Program-made: the position numbers and the translations under genes
In this document: piece after piece, positions 36,254 through 47,083 of the stretch
Position numbering within the stretch: position 1 is the stretch's first letter
Layout: the number at the start of each line of letters is the position of its first letter
The notes under the pieces: model-generated
What the model was told of the DNA's origin: nothing
What the model saw: only the letters and a program-made list of their open reading frames with translations
The model's database searches: none
IMG/VR virus record: IMGVR_UViG_3300044825_000698
Location: 1-64,000 of that record
Direction: 5' to 3' (one strand)
Origin: a virus
Length of the DNA stretch: 64,000 nt

Positions 36254-37768
36254 TCAGAGTGCTTCTGCGGTGTTAGCCCCACCAGTCCACTGACTGATGG
36301 TGATGACTACGAATTCAGCGGGGTACTGTAGGGCCACGCCAACTTCAATGTGGACTTCGCCATTTGAAATAGACTCTTCAGTGTTGTTGCTTGCATCGCA
36401 AACTACATAGAAAGCCTGATTGGCGTTGCGTCCCTTAAGACCGCCTGCTCGCCAGAACTCGGACAACAGTGAAGACACTGTTACGTTGAGGCGGGTCCAC
36501 AGACGCTCATCGTTCGGCTCAAACACAGCGAAGGCAGTGGCATCAGTAAGAGCCTGCTTCAAGTAGTTGAGAGAGCGACGAATCGGAACGTACTTACCGG
36601 GTGTGGTCTTTTCCAGAGTACGAGCGCCGTTAATTACAACGCCAGCACCAGGAACAGCCTTGAACATATTTACGTTATAGGTGTCATACAGAGTGCCTGT
36701 TTGAGCCGCCGTAAACGTGGTGACTAGCCCCAATGCTCCTCGTACCTCAACATCAAACCCAGCGGGAGCCTTCGCCACCGTGCGGGCAACTTCGGTGCGT
36801 ACATAAGCACCAGCCACTGCACCGCCTGGGTGGGTGTTGCGGATTGCTCCTGGACCAGTCTTCGACGGATCGATCATCTTCAACATTGGGTAGTACACGG
36901 CACCGTAGTTAGAGGTGCTGTACGAACCAACAACGGTTCCCCCGATGTCAGACACAGTCACTGCATCGGCCTGCGGGTCAATGATGACAAACGAATTGCC
37001 CCGTGACTCAGCCTTAGCGAGGAAGGCGTTAACAACAGTCGGGCTGGTTACTCCGGGGGCGTTCAGCAACAAGACACCTTCAACGGTGTCAAGAAGCGTG
37101 AGAGCATTTACGTAATCGGAGTCAGCAACCGCTGAACCATTGGTACCAGACGCCGAAGTAAAGGCGCTGGTAATGAACGCCCATGTTGCAGAGGCACTAA
37201 TCGACGGAACTGCCGCTGTGATGAACTTGGAATAGTTATTAATAACGGTCGTCAGGTACCGGTTGTGATTGGGATCAACCGATACCTCGTTCCAGCGCTC
37301 AACCTCTGTTCCATCAAGTTTGATAATGACATTGAATGTCGGAATCTGAGTTGCGGAAGGAGCGACAACACCGGCAGTTATTTCGATAGTTACACCGTTA
37401 CCCCAAGTACCAGGACTATTTACAGTGTATGTAAACAATGTCCCGGCTGATGCACCTGAGCCATTCGGGTAATACGTAACAGTTCCAGTTGCGGCTACGG
37501 CATTTGATGCCACGACTCGGCAGATATAGGCATCACGACCACCATTAGCAAAGTAGTGGTAGACCGAGAAGCCAAGATTGTGGTCGTTGCTGAGTTCCCC
37601 ATACTGGGTGGTGAACTCTGACCAGGACGAAATGAGAGTGGCTTCGTCTGGGCCACGACTGGCAGTACCAAAGAAAGCGGCTACTGATTGAGACGATGAT
37701 CCACGACGGGGAAGAGACCGCAGTGGCTTCTCGGCTACATAGACACCGGGGTTAGTGTATGTGGGCAT
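36254..37768 (-). CDS. tail sheath protein
   Basis: PGVYV.E, YFANGG, KAPAG, GART, VFEPN, PAEFV. Confidence 0.95.
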   Translation of the reverse strand: MPTYTNPGVYVAEKPLRSLPRRGSSSQSVAAFFGTASRGPDEATLISSWSEFTTQYGELSNDHNLGFSVYHYFANGGRDAYICRVVASNAVAATGTVTYYPNGSGASAGTLFTYTVNSPGTWGNGVTIEITAGVVAPSATQIPTFNVIIKLDGTEVERWNEVSVDPNHNRYLTTVINNYSKFITAAVPSISASATWAFITSAFTSASGTNGSAVADSDYVNALTLLDTVEGVLLLNAPGVTSPTVVNAFLAKAESRGNSFVIIDPQADAVTVSDIGGTVVGSYSTSNYGAVYYPMLKMIDPSKTGPGAIRNTHPGGAVAGAYVRTEVARTVAKAPAGFDVEVRGALGLVTTFTAAQTGTLYDTYNVNMFKAVPGAGVVINGARTLEKTTPGKYVPIRRSLNYLKQALTDATAFAVFEPNDERLWTRLNVTVSSLLSEFWRAGGLKGRNANQAFYVVCDASNNTEESISNGEVHIEVGVALQYPAEFVVITISQWTGGANTAEAL

Positions 37769-38467
37769 TTAAAAATCCTCCAAGAATGGACTGGTGAATA
37801 CAGAGGGGTTCTCGTTGTCTGCGTTTGTTATGGTTCCTACAACTGTAGTTACTTTCTTTACTGCTTGTACGTCCGATGTGGGCAACTCGGCGGACATCTG
37901 CAAGGTGTACACCTTGCGGAATATACGCTTTCGGTAGCCAGCCTCCTGATCTAAAAGATCGGCGGCTGTCCACCCCAGAAGGTCAAAACGACGAATCGTC
38001 CCATCCTCTGGAACTTCAATAAAGCCCCGCCTAAACGGGGTTACTCTACGTAATAGTTTACTTGTTAGTTGTCTGTCGTGCAGAGCGCTTCTTGTGTAAG
38101 TAGAGATTTGGTAAATGAGGGTAACAGGAACGAACGAATCGATTCTCAGTACCCCACCTTCTGCCACTAGATCATCTAGACCGTCTGAATCTAATTCAGA
38201 CGGGTAATAGTCAATTGTACTATTAGCACTTGCGCTGTCATTAGCGCCGTAGTAATAGTAAGACGTTTCAGACATCTGACGACTTCTATCATGTACAAGA
38301 TCAACAAGTTCGATAGTAATGAAGGGGTAGTGCTTCTCAGTTTCCCCATCGGGGTACCGGAAGAAGACCGATACGGGGCGCACGTTGTTACGGTCGTCAG
38401 AGACGGTAAGGGTCGAAAAACGTGCCTTAACGGCGGCGTCCTCAGCCAGTAGGAATCCGGCGGGCAT
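37769..38467 (-). CDS. tail terminator/completion protein
   Basis: YPFITI, YQISTY; immediately upstream of sheath. Confidence 0.6.
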   Translation of the reverse strand: MPAGFLLAEDAAVKARFSTLTVSDDRNNVRPVSVFFRYPDGETEKHYPFITIELVDLVHDRSRQMSETSYYYYGANDSASANSTIDYYPSELDSDGLDDLVAEGGVLRIDSFVPVTLIYQISTYTRSALHDRQLTSKLLRRVTPFRRGFIEVPEDGTIRRFDLLGWTAADLLDQEAGYRKRIFRKVYTLQMSAELPTSDVQAVKKVTTVVGTITNADNENPSVFTSPFLEDF

Positions 38468-38844
38468 TAGAACAGATCCTTTGCTATCTGCTTGTTAACC
38501 ATACGCTCAAGGCCGTCAAGGTCTGTTATTGCCGATCTAACCACAGGAAGAGGTGGCTCTATGCCCGTTCCGTACTCTTTATTAAAATCTCCCTGGATAG
38601 CCAATTCCATGTTGTCAGCATCATAAGTAACTGTCAGTGACTGGGCGGCGCTACCCCATCCTTTACGACGGGCCAGTTTACGAAGTTTACGTTCATAACG
38701 AGGAATGGCCTTATCAATAGCCCTATTCACGTGCTTATCGATGTTGTTGATGTAGTCCTCGTAAAAGGCAACAATCGTGGGAGTTCCGCTGATAAGCGAA
38801 CCAGAACCGGATTCGGGGCTAGGTGATGACAAAGCCATAGACAT
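38467..38844 (-). CDS. neck-region hypothetical protein
   Basis: EYGT..PP.PVVR motif; position. Confidence 0.5.
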   Translation of the reverse strand: MSMALSSPSPESGSGSLISGTPTIVAFYEDYINNIDKHVNRAIDKAIPRYERKLRKLARRKGWGSAAQSLTVTYDADNMELAIQGDFNKEYGTGIEPPLPVVRSAITDLDGLERMVNKQIAKDLF

Positions 38845-38907
38845 TGGCTCATATCCTCCGGTTCTGGGCGTTGTTACCCACTGACGCGCATCAGTGGTGA
38901 CTATAGT

Positions 38908-39444
38908 TTAGCCCAAATTAGGAAGCGTTGATGGCCATGCGTAGTTAGTTACTCCAAGACTGTCTGGCCCTGGATCATTAACTAGTTCCTCATCCACGTA
39001 GGTTTCGTATCCGGTAATGAGGACAAACACTTCGTCTTTGATGACTCCCCGTACCTTGTACGAGGCTATGTTGTAAAAGCGACCATCGTACACGAACACG
39101 TCGTTGAGGTGGTGCTGGTACTCCCATGGCTGATAGAGGCCAGCATCTTTCATGTCCTTCATGGTGATGAACAACGTCATGGTCTGAGTAGGTTTACGAC
39201 CGTCGGCTACAGCACGACGTTCATCCTCATTCTCGGAGGCAAGCATTATCGGAAGCATGACACCCGGTTTGTACTTCTTACCGCCACTGCCCCGGATTCC
39301 TTCATCGTATATATCATCATATACGCTGTTAACGGAGGCCGACCCTAGAGGTATGAATTCATACCAGACAACGGCTAACTGGGACACTTCACGGAATCTC
39401 CTGAAGTGCTTATTTATGTTGGCGAGTTCTCTACGGACATCCAT
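38908..39444 (-). CDS. head closure/stopper-like protein
   Basis: YDDIYDEG; position between adaptor and tail genes. Confidence 0.5.
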   Translation of the reverse strand: MDVRRELANINKHFRRFREVSQLAVVWYEFIPLGSASVNSVYDDIYDEGIRGSGGKKYKPGVMLPIMLASENEDERRAVADGRKPTQTMTLFITMKDMKDAGLYQPWEYQHHLNDVFVYDGRFYNIASYKVRGVIKDEVFVLITGYETYVDEELVNDPGPDSLGVTNYAWPSTLPNLG

Positions 39445-40238
39445 CAGTAATAGGCGTTAGTGGTCTGCCCTGACCTGGGAGCCGTATCGATGTAAACGTC
39501 TTCTCGTAGGCTGTCTTCCTGAACCTCTCGGTCAATGACACCTGGATCGATGTCGGGCCATAGGCGCTTCATTGGTGAGTAATCGCCAAACTCCTGGGGC
39601 GCATATAGAGGCACCAGGCGATTTGTGGTTCGGGCAATACGACGCAGACTGAAGACCTCAACCCGGTCAATACCAATGTTGAGAGCCGTGGCATGGCGCT
39701 TGTACTCTTCTTCCCACTGTGCCAGTAGAGCCTGGACCATGCGGAAACGCTGACTGGCAGGGATATGGACAGACTCAGAGGTTATTACGTCGATGTCCCG
39801 GCTGTACTCAGTCATCAATGCCCATAGACATTCGGTGATAGTAGCGATACCGATGGCATTGACCATGAGGTCAGACATCCCATCAATACCTACTCCAATG
39901 TTTTTGACATGCTTTTCTATGGCCCGCTGGGCGTAGAAGGACAAGTCTTCTGGGGTTACCCACTCGTAGTAGTAACCCTCGACCATGATGGTCTGAGTAC
40001 CACCAGGCAATGAAGCAAGGCGCAAGATGCCGTTACGTGAGTCAATAGCGTACTGGGTTGATGTTAATTCGGTTGTGGTTGAACCGTTATATAGAGCAAC
40101 CCACAGGCTGTCGGCATCGACGTTTATTTGCCCAAGTTCGTATGTACGTCCTACAACGGTAAAAGTAGACTGGAAGAACTTGGGGAAGTCTCGCAAATAG
40201 CGACGAGCAATTTCCTCTATATCAGTTACTGTGGCCAC
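39444..40238 (-). CDS. head-tail adaptor-like protein
   Basis: IDV...ESVHIPASQRF; position. Confidence 0.55.
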   Translation of the reverse strand: MATVTDIEEIARRYLRDFPKFFQSTFTVVGRTYELGQINVDADSLWVALYNGSTTTELTSTQYAIDSRNGILRLASLPGGTQTIMVEGYYYEWVTPEDLSFYAQRAIEKHVKNIGVGIDGMSDLMVNAIGIATITECLWALMTEYSRDIDVITSESVHIPASQRFRMVQALLAQWEEEYKRHATALNIGIDRVEVFSLRRIARTTNRLVPLYAPQEFGDYSPMKRLWPDIDPGVIDREVQEDSLREDVYIDTAPRSGQTTNAYY

Positions 40239-40253
40239 AAACCAATTCTACTA

Positions 40254-40385
40254 TTAATTGGCTTTTGTGTCTTGCCGTGGCTGGTTAATAGACGGATGGG
40301 CTTCACGAATACGACCAGCCATATGCATGGCCCGCTTGATAAGCGAAGGGATCGATGCCCCAGTAGGTTTAGGCAAGTTAGGCAT
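40254..40385 (-). CDS. small hypothetical protein (not in ORF track)
   Basis: MPNLPKPTGASIPSLIKRAMHMAGRIREAHPSINQPRQDTKAN. Confidence 0.4.
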   Translation of the reverse strand: MPNLPKPTGASIPSLIKRAMHMAGRIREAHPSINQPRQDTKAN

Positions 40386-41610
40386 ACTTTATAAAGTACC
40401 GTACGCCGTAGTTACGGGGTTCAATGTTTATGGCCTCGGTGTATCCGGTGTTACGAGTGCGCCCACTTATTGCGTGTGAGTGGGCACCCGCCGTATTGGT
40501 AGAACCAACCCCAACCGTTGTTGTGAAATACCACGGGTACGCCCAGAAGTTAAGTGAACCAGTGGATGTTGACGACGACGAGTTAGCAATCAATATTCCA
40601 ACACCATTACCTGCTGTATGACTGTGGTCTCCGTTGGTTTGGATAACACCAGAGTCCATTTCGTGGGAGTGTTCAGGCATCTGGTTAATGGTCAAGTTAA
40701 TGCTGTTACCAGCATTGCCATAGGCAGTGGCCAAGGTACGACTACCTGACAATCCCATAAGGAAGTGACCACGGAAATCAGGAACCTTGAAAGTCAACGA
40801 ATCATTAGAACCATAGGCAGTTCCGAGAACCGAGAACAGCCCGGCGTAGGTTGTTCGGCTAATTGACTGACCATTGCACTCTAACCAGGCCAATGGGTCT
40901 GGACTTGCTGTGCCAGATACCCACGTGATAACAGCACCAACTGGGGTACCGGCTCCGACAGATGGGCCACCTGTTCCAACCTGTTCCCATGTGCCATTAA
41001 GTTTCACGTAAAGGCCAGCATCACCGGACAGGGAACTCTTGTAGTAGAGGTCGCCGTTATTACCGAAGGTGTTTGACGGAACTGCGTCTCCACGGAGAGA
41101 TGTGGATGCAACAGTCACACGCTTATCAACAATGTGGGCTTTTGTGACGTTTGCGGCACCTGACCGTAGAACAGCGGCTAGTACTACGTCGGTATTTGGG
41201 TTGACGTAGTTAGTTAAGGGAACCCCAACTACGGTGGTCAACTGACTTGGTGTTGGTGGAAATGATGGGTTGCTGGCACTGTTAGGTCCTGATAGGACCG
41301 TTAGGGCCATTGAACCATTAACAAGTCTGGCCACAACCAGATCGAATCTGGTGTTACTAGGTACTGACGGAAGAATAAGAGCAGGGTTAGATGGAATTGA
41401 ATAGACAGTTCCATCAAGCACTACGTGACCAGATGCCACCGCAACGGTGTAGTTGGCTACTGACTGGGCGGTTACTTCTCCGCCTGAAAGAACGCCAGTT
41501 GACCGGTTACCCAATAACTGAAAGTCAAGAGAATCAGGCTCCGCCTGGTCTAGAGAGTTATACCGGTTACTACCGGTCGTGTCTATCGCATTGGGGATAA
41601 CGAAGGGCAT
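40378..41610 (-). CDS. tail collar domain-containing fibre protein
   Basis: PVGAVI, WLECNGQSISRTTYA.LF..LGT.YG..D...TFKVPDFRG, LTINQMPEHSH. Confidence 0.85.
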   Translation of the reverse strand: MPFVIPNAIDTTGSNRYNSLDQAEPDSLDFQLLGNRSTGVLSGGEVTAQSVANYTVAVASGHVVLDGTVYSIPSNPALILPSVPSNTRFDLVVARLVNGSMALTVLSGPNSASNPSFPPTPSQLTTVVGVPLTNYVNPNTDVVLAAVLRSGAANVTKAHIVDKRVTVASTSLRGDAVPSNTFGNNGDLYYKSSLSGDAGLYVKLNGTWEQVGTGGPSVGAGTPVGAVITWVSGTASPDPLAWLECNGQSISRTTYAGLFSVLGTAYGSNDSLTFKVPDFRGHFLMGLSGSRTLATAYGNAGNSINLTINQMPEHSHEMDSGVIQTNGDHSHTAGNGVGILIANSSSSTSTGSLNFWAYPWYFTTTVGVGSTNTAGAHSHAISGRTRNTGYTEAINIEPRNYGVRYFIKYA

Positions 41611-41623
41611 CTGTTACCTCTCC

Positions 41624-41875
41624 TCAGAGGGTGTCGTAGATATTCCCGCTCTTCCGTAGGTATGCGTACAGATCGGCGGGAAGACGGTAACGGGTACCAT
41701 CCTGGAAGTTGTAAACCGCATTGCCCCAGAACATCTTCCACGTTCCCTTGACCCGGCATGAAATGAGGTCATCGGCAACAACGGTTGTTGGGGTGGCGAC
41801 TTCGACTTCGTCGTAGGTAACGATGTCGTCAGAATCAACTTCTGCAAATGCATTTGTTGTACGGCGATTAGCCAT
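41624..41875 (-). CDS. hypothetical protein downstream of capsid
   Basis: 83-aa ORF with AGGAG RBS. Confidence 0.65.
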   Translation of the reverse strand: MANRRTTNAFAEVDSDDIVTYDEVEVATPTTVVADDLISCRVKGTWKMFWGNAVYNFQDGTRYRLPADLYAYLRKSGNIYDTL

Positions 41876-41909
41876 TATTGGACTCCTTATTGTGTTGACT
41901 AGAAAGTTA

Positions 41910-41939
41910 ATGGCGGGGGCAGTTTCCCACCCCCGCCAT
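41910..41939 (-). terminator. hairpin terminator after major capsid gene
   Basis: ATGGCGGGG...CCCCGCCAT followed by T-containing tract on minus strand. Confidence 0.65.
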
Positions 41940-41962
41940 CATACCTTACATGAACCTTAGGT

Positions 41963-43042
41963 TCAGGAGATTGCGCCACCCAAGGTGTTGAGGATGACAC
42001 GGGACTCGTGGGTGATGACACCGAAGCCCCAGATTGCGTACCATGCGAGACCGTGCTCACGACCGAAGTCGATGACACCGCCGTCACGGAGTTCAACTGG
42101 GAGCGAAATAGCATGACCGAAGGCGTTGTCACCGATCATGATTGCGCTGTACGAGTCGGCTGTTGGGGCCTGGGCACCGCCGGTGTTCGGGTCGAGGTCA
42201 GCGGGGATGCTGAGACCCTTCTTGACCTGAGTGGTCTCGATGAACACCACGTCGTAGAGACGACCGATTTCACCAAGCATGAAGTTGCCGGGGGCGGCGT
42301 ACTTGGTGACTTCGATGAACTCTGGCCAGTCACGGAGCGAACGGCTCTGCGACGGGTGGACGAAGCACACGTAGGTGTCGCCCAGACGGGGGATGTTCTG
42401 ACCAGCGAGGACTTCGACAGCGTCCTTGATCGAGGCCGGGCTGAGGTAGCCAGGGGCACTGGCTGAACCGAGGGTACCGGCATCGTAGGGGCTGATCGAG
42501 CCACGGGTAGCGGCGGCAGTGCGACCGAACACAACACTCGGGGCCACAGCGGAGCCACCACCGAAGGGGACGCCGTTAGCGTAGAGGGTGTTACGGGCCT
42601 GGATGTCCATGCTCTGGGCCATGTGACGACCGAGGAGGCGTGAGGACGAAGCCATAACGTCGTCGAACGATGCGTTGAGAAGCAGTTCGGTGACGGCTAC
42701 GGCCTGACCATGCTCCGATACGGTGATCTGGATCTGGCTTGCTGACAGGGCCACTGGCTCCATACGTACACCTTCGGTGAGTGTTGCACCGGTGCTCTCG
42801 TTGACCGAGAGGTTGTTGTAACGCATGAAGTTGATGGTAAGACCGGGCATAACGCCGAGTTCGGTCTTCTTTACAGCAAACTGCTCGAACCGAAGTACGG
42901 GCATGGCCTGGAAAAGGATTTCCTTCGACCAAATCTGCTGGATTGCGGGTGAGAGGGTGCTGTCACTGGAGTAACCGGTCGTTGAAATGCTCTGTAGACC
43001 GGCTCCGGTAACCGCACCTCCTTGGGGGGCGGGAAATGCCAT
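41963..43042 (-). CDS. major capsid protein (N4-gp56 family)
   Basis: PVLRFEQFAVKKTEL, LTEG, YVCFVHP, GEIGRLYDVVFIET, DFGRE..LAWY. Confidence 0.92.
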   Translation of the reverse strand: MAFPAPQGGAVTGAGLQSISTTGYSSDSTLSPAIQQIWSKEILFQAMPVLRFEQFAVKKTELGVMPGLTINFMRYNNLSVNESTGATLTEGVRMEPVALSASQIQITVSEHGQAVAVTELLLNASFDDVMASSSRLLGRHMAQSMDIQARNTLYANGVPFGGGSAVAPSVVFGRTAAATRGSISPYDAGTLGSASAPGYLSPASIKDAVEVLAGQNIPRLGDTYVCFVHPSQSRSLRDWPEFIEVTKYAAPGNFMLGEIGRLYDVVFIETTQVKKGLSIPADLDPNTGGAQAPTADSYSAIMIGDNAFGHAISLPVELRDGGVIDFGREHGLAWYAIWGFGVITHESRVILNTLGGAIS

Positions 43043-43076
43043 TGTTTATCCTCCGATGGATAGTTGTTGATGGGTT

Positions 43077-43847
43077 TTAGAACCGACCTCTGGAAGGCCG
43101 AGCCTGTAGGAGCCTCTCACGCATCTTCACGTACTGATCCATCGGCATATTGCGGATATCCTCCGCGCTCATCGTTTGGTATTCCTGTTGGTTTTCCAGT
43201 GGCCCAGTGGGAGGAGCCGTTACCGGTGCCCCCCGCAGACGAGTCGTTTGACCCGCCTGTTGGATTGACTCTATAATAGCACTACTTCTGTCACGAAGTA
43301 CGGCAATAGAGTTTTCTATTTCTTCCTCATTATTTCCCGAGACTAGATCTCGTAGTTCGGGGATAATGGTCTCCTGTTCGTCCTGGAGCCTCCGTTGACG
43401 GTAGGACTCTAGTGATTGGAGATACCGCTCCTTTTCAAGGAGGGCTTCCTGCGCCTGGCGCTGTTGCTCCAGTTCGTTAAAGCGTACTTTCCACTCTTCC
43501 TCGACCTGGTTCAGGCGCTTATTGAACTCATCCTCACGCTTGGCAAGGAGATCCTTAGCGGAAAGTTCTTCCATCTCTCGCTGACGGAGCAGTTCGGCTT
43601 CTGCACGAGCCTTTTCCTCAGCGGCCTTAATGGCCTCTTCTCGCTCTTTACTTAGGACACTCAACTGCTCTTCCATGCTCTTAACACGGGTGTCGGCATC
43701 CTCAAGACGCTTGTACATCTTGTCTTTCTCCTGCTGACGGATCTTCTGCACGTCATCCTCGGAGAACAGACGCTGTTGTTCCGTCTTTACTTCAGGAGTG
43801 GGTTCGACGGGAATCTGAATCCCGTCCTCAATGGACTGCTTTGCCAT
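43077..43847 (-). CDS. capsid scaffolding protein
   Basis: Glu/Arg-rich coiled coil between portal and capsid. Confidence 0.8.
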   Translation of the reverse strand: MAKQSIEDGIQIPVEPTPEVKTEQQRLFSEDDVQKIRQQEKDKMYKRLEDADTRVKSMEEQLSVLSKEREEAIKAAEEKARAEAELLRQREMEELSAKDLLAKREDEFNKRLNQVEEEWKVRFNELEQQRQAQEALLEKERYLQSLESYRQRRLQDEQETIIPELRDLVSGNNEEEIENSIAVLRDRSSAIIESIQQAGQTTRLRGAPVTAPPTGPLENQQEYQTMSAEDIRNMPMDQYVKMRERLLQARPSRGRF

Positions 43848-43900
43848 ATCTTTACCTCGTTTGGTTAGGCGTTTATTGACTTGTTTTAAGCGACTTCTAA

Positions 43901-45592
43901 TTATTCTTCGTCAGGTACACGGCGCTGGGCGAACCTGGCTCCGTATGCCCGTTGGACAATCTTGTTCATTGTGTCTAACTCAGGACCACCTACGGCAGTA
44001 CCTGGCAGAGTTCCGCCTTCTTGGCCTTGCCCTGCGTTTGTTACATTAGCACCACCAGCAGACACTACGCTGGAAGTGCCGTCGGCTTGGGGCAATAAGC
44101 CCGTCGCCATCATAACAGCCTGTGAAATCTGTGCACGAAGCATGTCGAGCGCACCCTGATCGATGGCGTCGTCACGCAGTTCTTCAAAGATCTCGCCCAT
44201 CTTCTCGTTCGGGAACTCTTCACCCAAGATTCGGAGAGCGCCACGCTTGGATTCCAGACCGAGTCCCATCTTGGCCTGGACTTCGTTGAGTTTGATAAGT
44301 ACATCAACGGGTAGCGGTTCAGGCCAGTGAACAGTCGTCTGATAGGTAAGAGGATCAGCCGGGTCCAACTGAGTGAGTTGGTCTGGCTCGGGGACTTCGG
44401 CAACAGACGGGTTATAGATGAGCATCTCGGGCTGGAATACCGCCGCCGTCTTGATAACGATCTCGTTGATCTTCTCAAGGCCCTTAGTGAAATGAATCCG
44501 CTTCATGTGATAGCGATTCATCATCGGCTGGTACTGGATAGCCAAGGCTACGCCCGAAGTATTGGATACTGGCTGGAACTGGCCTAGGGCGGTCTCAGGA
44601 ACGCCAGTTATCTCGTGCATGGCCCGCTTCAGGAACGTGATGTATTCCAGAGCGCCCGCCATGTTGCCACGGGACTCCAGATTGAACACCTGGGAGTCCT
44701 TGGGAAGACCGGCCCATACCTTCTTAGGGCCTCGCTCCAACTGGCTTGCCTTAGCGCCGGTAATGATCGTTACAGGGGCGGCGTGATAGTTGATGATGTC
44801 CGATACTTCGGTCATCTTCTCGTTCAACTCACGATTCAGGGGAATGATGTCCCAAATGTCCGATTGTCCCCAGGGCGAGGAAGAAATCGTCATGTTAGGA
44901 ATGTGGACAACCGGAATCTGACCAATGGGGTTGGGGTATTGGTCGATCAGTTCGTCGTTGATGTACTGCTCGATACTGTCGTCTGTAAGGATCTCAGTAA
45001 AGGTGTAAACCTGTCGTGTTCCTTCGGGTGAAGTCCCCCAGAAGCGATACTTCAACTTGAAGCGGAGCAGACGATCACGGTCGTGTGGGTGGTACTCGGG
45101 GAAACAGTGTGCCGGGTTGAGCGGGATGATGCGAATACGCCCCTCGTGTGGAACCCCCAGCGGATCTACATAAGGATCTTCAAAAGCAATCTTAACGAAG
45201 CAGTCTCCGGTTACACCGGCTAACTGACCCATCTCCCATAGAACGTGGTGCTTGTTATTGTGCTGTTCCCAAACCTTATGTAGAAGGTGGGGAATGATCG
45301 CACCGTTCTGCTCGGGTACTTTCCACTGGACACCCTTACCGAAGCAGAAGTTAGTGATGTAGTCCGACATCGTACGGGTGTAGTTCATGGTCACATTGCT
45401 CTCGCCCATTTCACGGCGATAAGACCAGTGGTGTCCCAAATACCAGGCCCAGCAGGCGCTGTAGCGGTTTAGACGGGGGCCATGTACTTCAAACTCTTCG
45501 TCAGCCAGTTCAACTAAGCCAAGCGGCGAAATAGCGACGGTTAGGTCGCTGGAAGAAGCACGGTAACTTGGCGACCAGAAATCAATGGGCAT
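43901..45592 (-). CDS. portal protein (SPP1 gp6-like)
   Basis: IPVVHIPN, WGQSDI, SGVAL, W..PLP; upstream of scaffold. Confidence 0.9.
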   Translation of the reverse strand: MPIDFWSPSYRASSSDLTVAISPLGLVELADEEFEVHGPRLNRYSACWAWYLGHHWSYRREMGESNVTMNYTRTMSDYITNFCFGKGVQWKVPEQNGAIIPHLLHKVWEQHNNKHHVLWEMGQLAGVTGDCFVKIAFEDPYVDPLGVPHEGRIRIIPLNPAHCFPEYHPHDRDRLLRFKLKYRFWGTSPEGTRQVYTFTEILTDDSIEQYINDELIDQYPNPIGQIPVVHIPNMTISSSPWGQSDIWDIIPLNRELNEKMTEVSDIINYHAAPVTIITGAKASQLERGPKKVWAGLPKDSQVFNLESRGNMAGALEYITFLKRAMHEITGVPETALGQFQPVSNTSGVALAIQYQPMMNRYHMKRIHFTKGLEKINEIVIKTAAVFQPEMLIYNPSVAEVPEPDQLTQLDPADPLTYQTTVHWPEPLPVDVLIKLNEVQAKMGLGLESKRGALRILGEEFPNEKMGEIFEELRDDAIDQGALDMLRAQISQAVMMATGLLPQADGTSSVVSAGGANVTNAGQGQEGGTLPGTAVGGPELDTMNKIVQRAYGARFAQRRVPDEE

Positions 45593-45616
45593 TGAGTCAT
45601 CCTACATGTAAACGGA

Positions 45617-45916
45617 TTACTTATTTATATTAGCAGGAACTGGGATCTTTGTTATAGAAACGACCCACGACTCTGGGATGTGCACCGGGTTGCTGTAAAT
45701 CACGTCGTCTGTGTCTTCGTACAGATACGTGGAAATAACGGTGATGTAGCCGTCTAAATAGTTCGGAAGCAACCAGCCACACGTAACGGGTTCGGCTATT
45801 TCTGGTTTGTATTCCTGTGGATCAAACCAGCCGTTAGGACCATCAAAGGCGTCTTGCCATTTGACAACAACGAGGTCTAGTGCACGATGTTTATAGTGCT
45901 TCTGTTTCTTGGCCAT
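45617..45916 (-). CDS. hypothetical protein
   Basis: VKWQDA..GW...TCGWL...IP small beta-barrel phage family. Confidence 0.6.
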   Translation of the reverse strand: MAKKQKHYKHRALDLVVVKWQDAFDGPNGWFDPQEYKPEIAEPVTCGWLLPNYLDGYITVISTYLYEDTDDVIYSNPVHIPESWVVSITKIPVPANINK

Positions 45917-45931
45917 AGCCGCAATGGTAGG

Positions 45932-47083
45932 TCAAGCGGCGGTGTACTCGTTGCCCCGCCATATGGCACGGCCATTACGAATGTGTACGATCTCCTTAGA
46001 CCAGGAGCCGTCGGCGGCTACCGTAACAATGCCGACCCCTTGTTGCCAGTTCTCCCAGCGCTTCACAGGACGCCCTGTAATCGTCGTCCCGCCCTTGGTA
46101 GAGGGAATACTGCCATCGACCCTGGATAGGCACCCAGGAGACCAAGCATTGACCACTACAGGCTCACCATCGACCTCAAAGGTTTCGTAGTGGTCTTGTA
46201 TACGGTGTATATGACCCTGAACCATCGACTGGCGCTCGTTCTTAGCCACGGCAGATACGGTCAACCGTTCTCCGTGTACGGCATACAGCGGAGTCTGGTG
46301 GTCTCCACCGGTGGCCAGTCTCACTCGACCTGCCGGATAGCCATCATGGTATGTCACGCCGAGGTCTTCTAACCGCAATAAGGATTGAAGCGACAAGACG
46401 GGCCACTCCTCTGGAGCGTTGGCCCGTCGAAGCCGTAGAGCGGCCATAGCGTTCTTGGTGATGGCGATGGGCAGACGGTTATCGTGGTTGCCTTCCATCA
46501 TGTGGATTTCACAACCCGTTGGAGACTCCGCCTTCTGTTCGGCCAAATACTGATGCGTACGGTCGATAGTCGGCTGGGTAGTCATTACGAACTCGGGGCT
46601 GACCAAGAACTTGGACGACCACTCCGGGAAGTCACAGGTATCACCGAGGTTGACAATGACTGACGGCTTACACTCACGGATTAGTTGGAGCGATACGTTG
46701 ATGGCGACTTCGTCGTGGAAGGGGTCCAGCGTTCCGTCTTCGTAACGTCGATATCCGATCTGCGGGTCCGGGGCAATGAAGATGACCTTCTCAGTGCGCT
46801 TGGGGTCAGGCTTGATTGTTGACTTGACAATCGTGGGTTTGCACGGTTGTACAACAGGCCATTCAGGCCCCGATTCCCAACTAGGCGAGAAGGCAATGGC
46901 AGTAAGATCATGGATCTCTGCTTCGCCCTCGTCGTTCTTAGTTAGCGTCTGATAGAGGGAGACCTTCTGGATGTTGCCTACATCGTTTACATCGATGTTA
47001 TGGCGATCCAGTAGATCGGCAAGTTTGCCCAACTTCTGACGTGTGTTATCTGGGTTGGCCAGGTCCTTGGCAAGATCACTCAC
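45932..47083 (-). CDS. calcineurin-like metallophosphoesterase
   Basis: PDPQ, LGDTCD, GNHD, HG, GHIH motifs. Confidence 0.88.
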   Translation of the reverse strand: MSDLAKDLANPDNTRQKLGKLADLLDRHNIDVNDVGNIQKVSLYQTLTKNDEGEAEIHDLTAIAFSPSWESGPEWPVVQPCKPTIVKSTIKPDPKRTEKVIFIAPDPQIGYRRYEDGTLDPFHDEVAINVSLQLIRECKPSVIVNLGDTCDFPEWSSKFLVSPEFVMTTQPTIDRTHQYLAEQKAESPTGCEIHMMEGNHDNRLPIAITKNAMAALRLRRANAPEEWPVLSLQSLLRLEDLGVTYHDGYPAGRVRLATGGDHQTPLYAVHGERLTVSAVAKNERQSMVQGHIHRIQDHYETFEVDGEPVVVNAWSPGCLSRVDGSIPSTKGGTTITGRPVKRWENWQQGVGIVTVAADGSWSKEIVHIRNGRAIWRGNEYTAA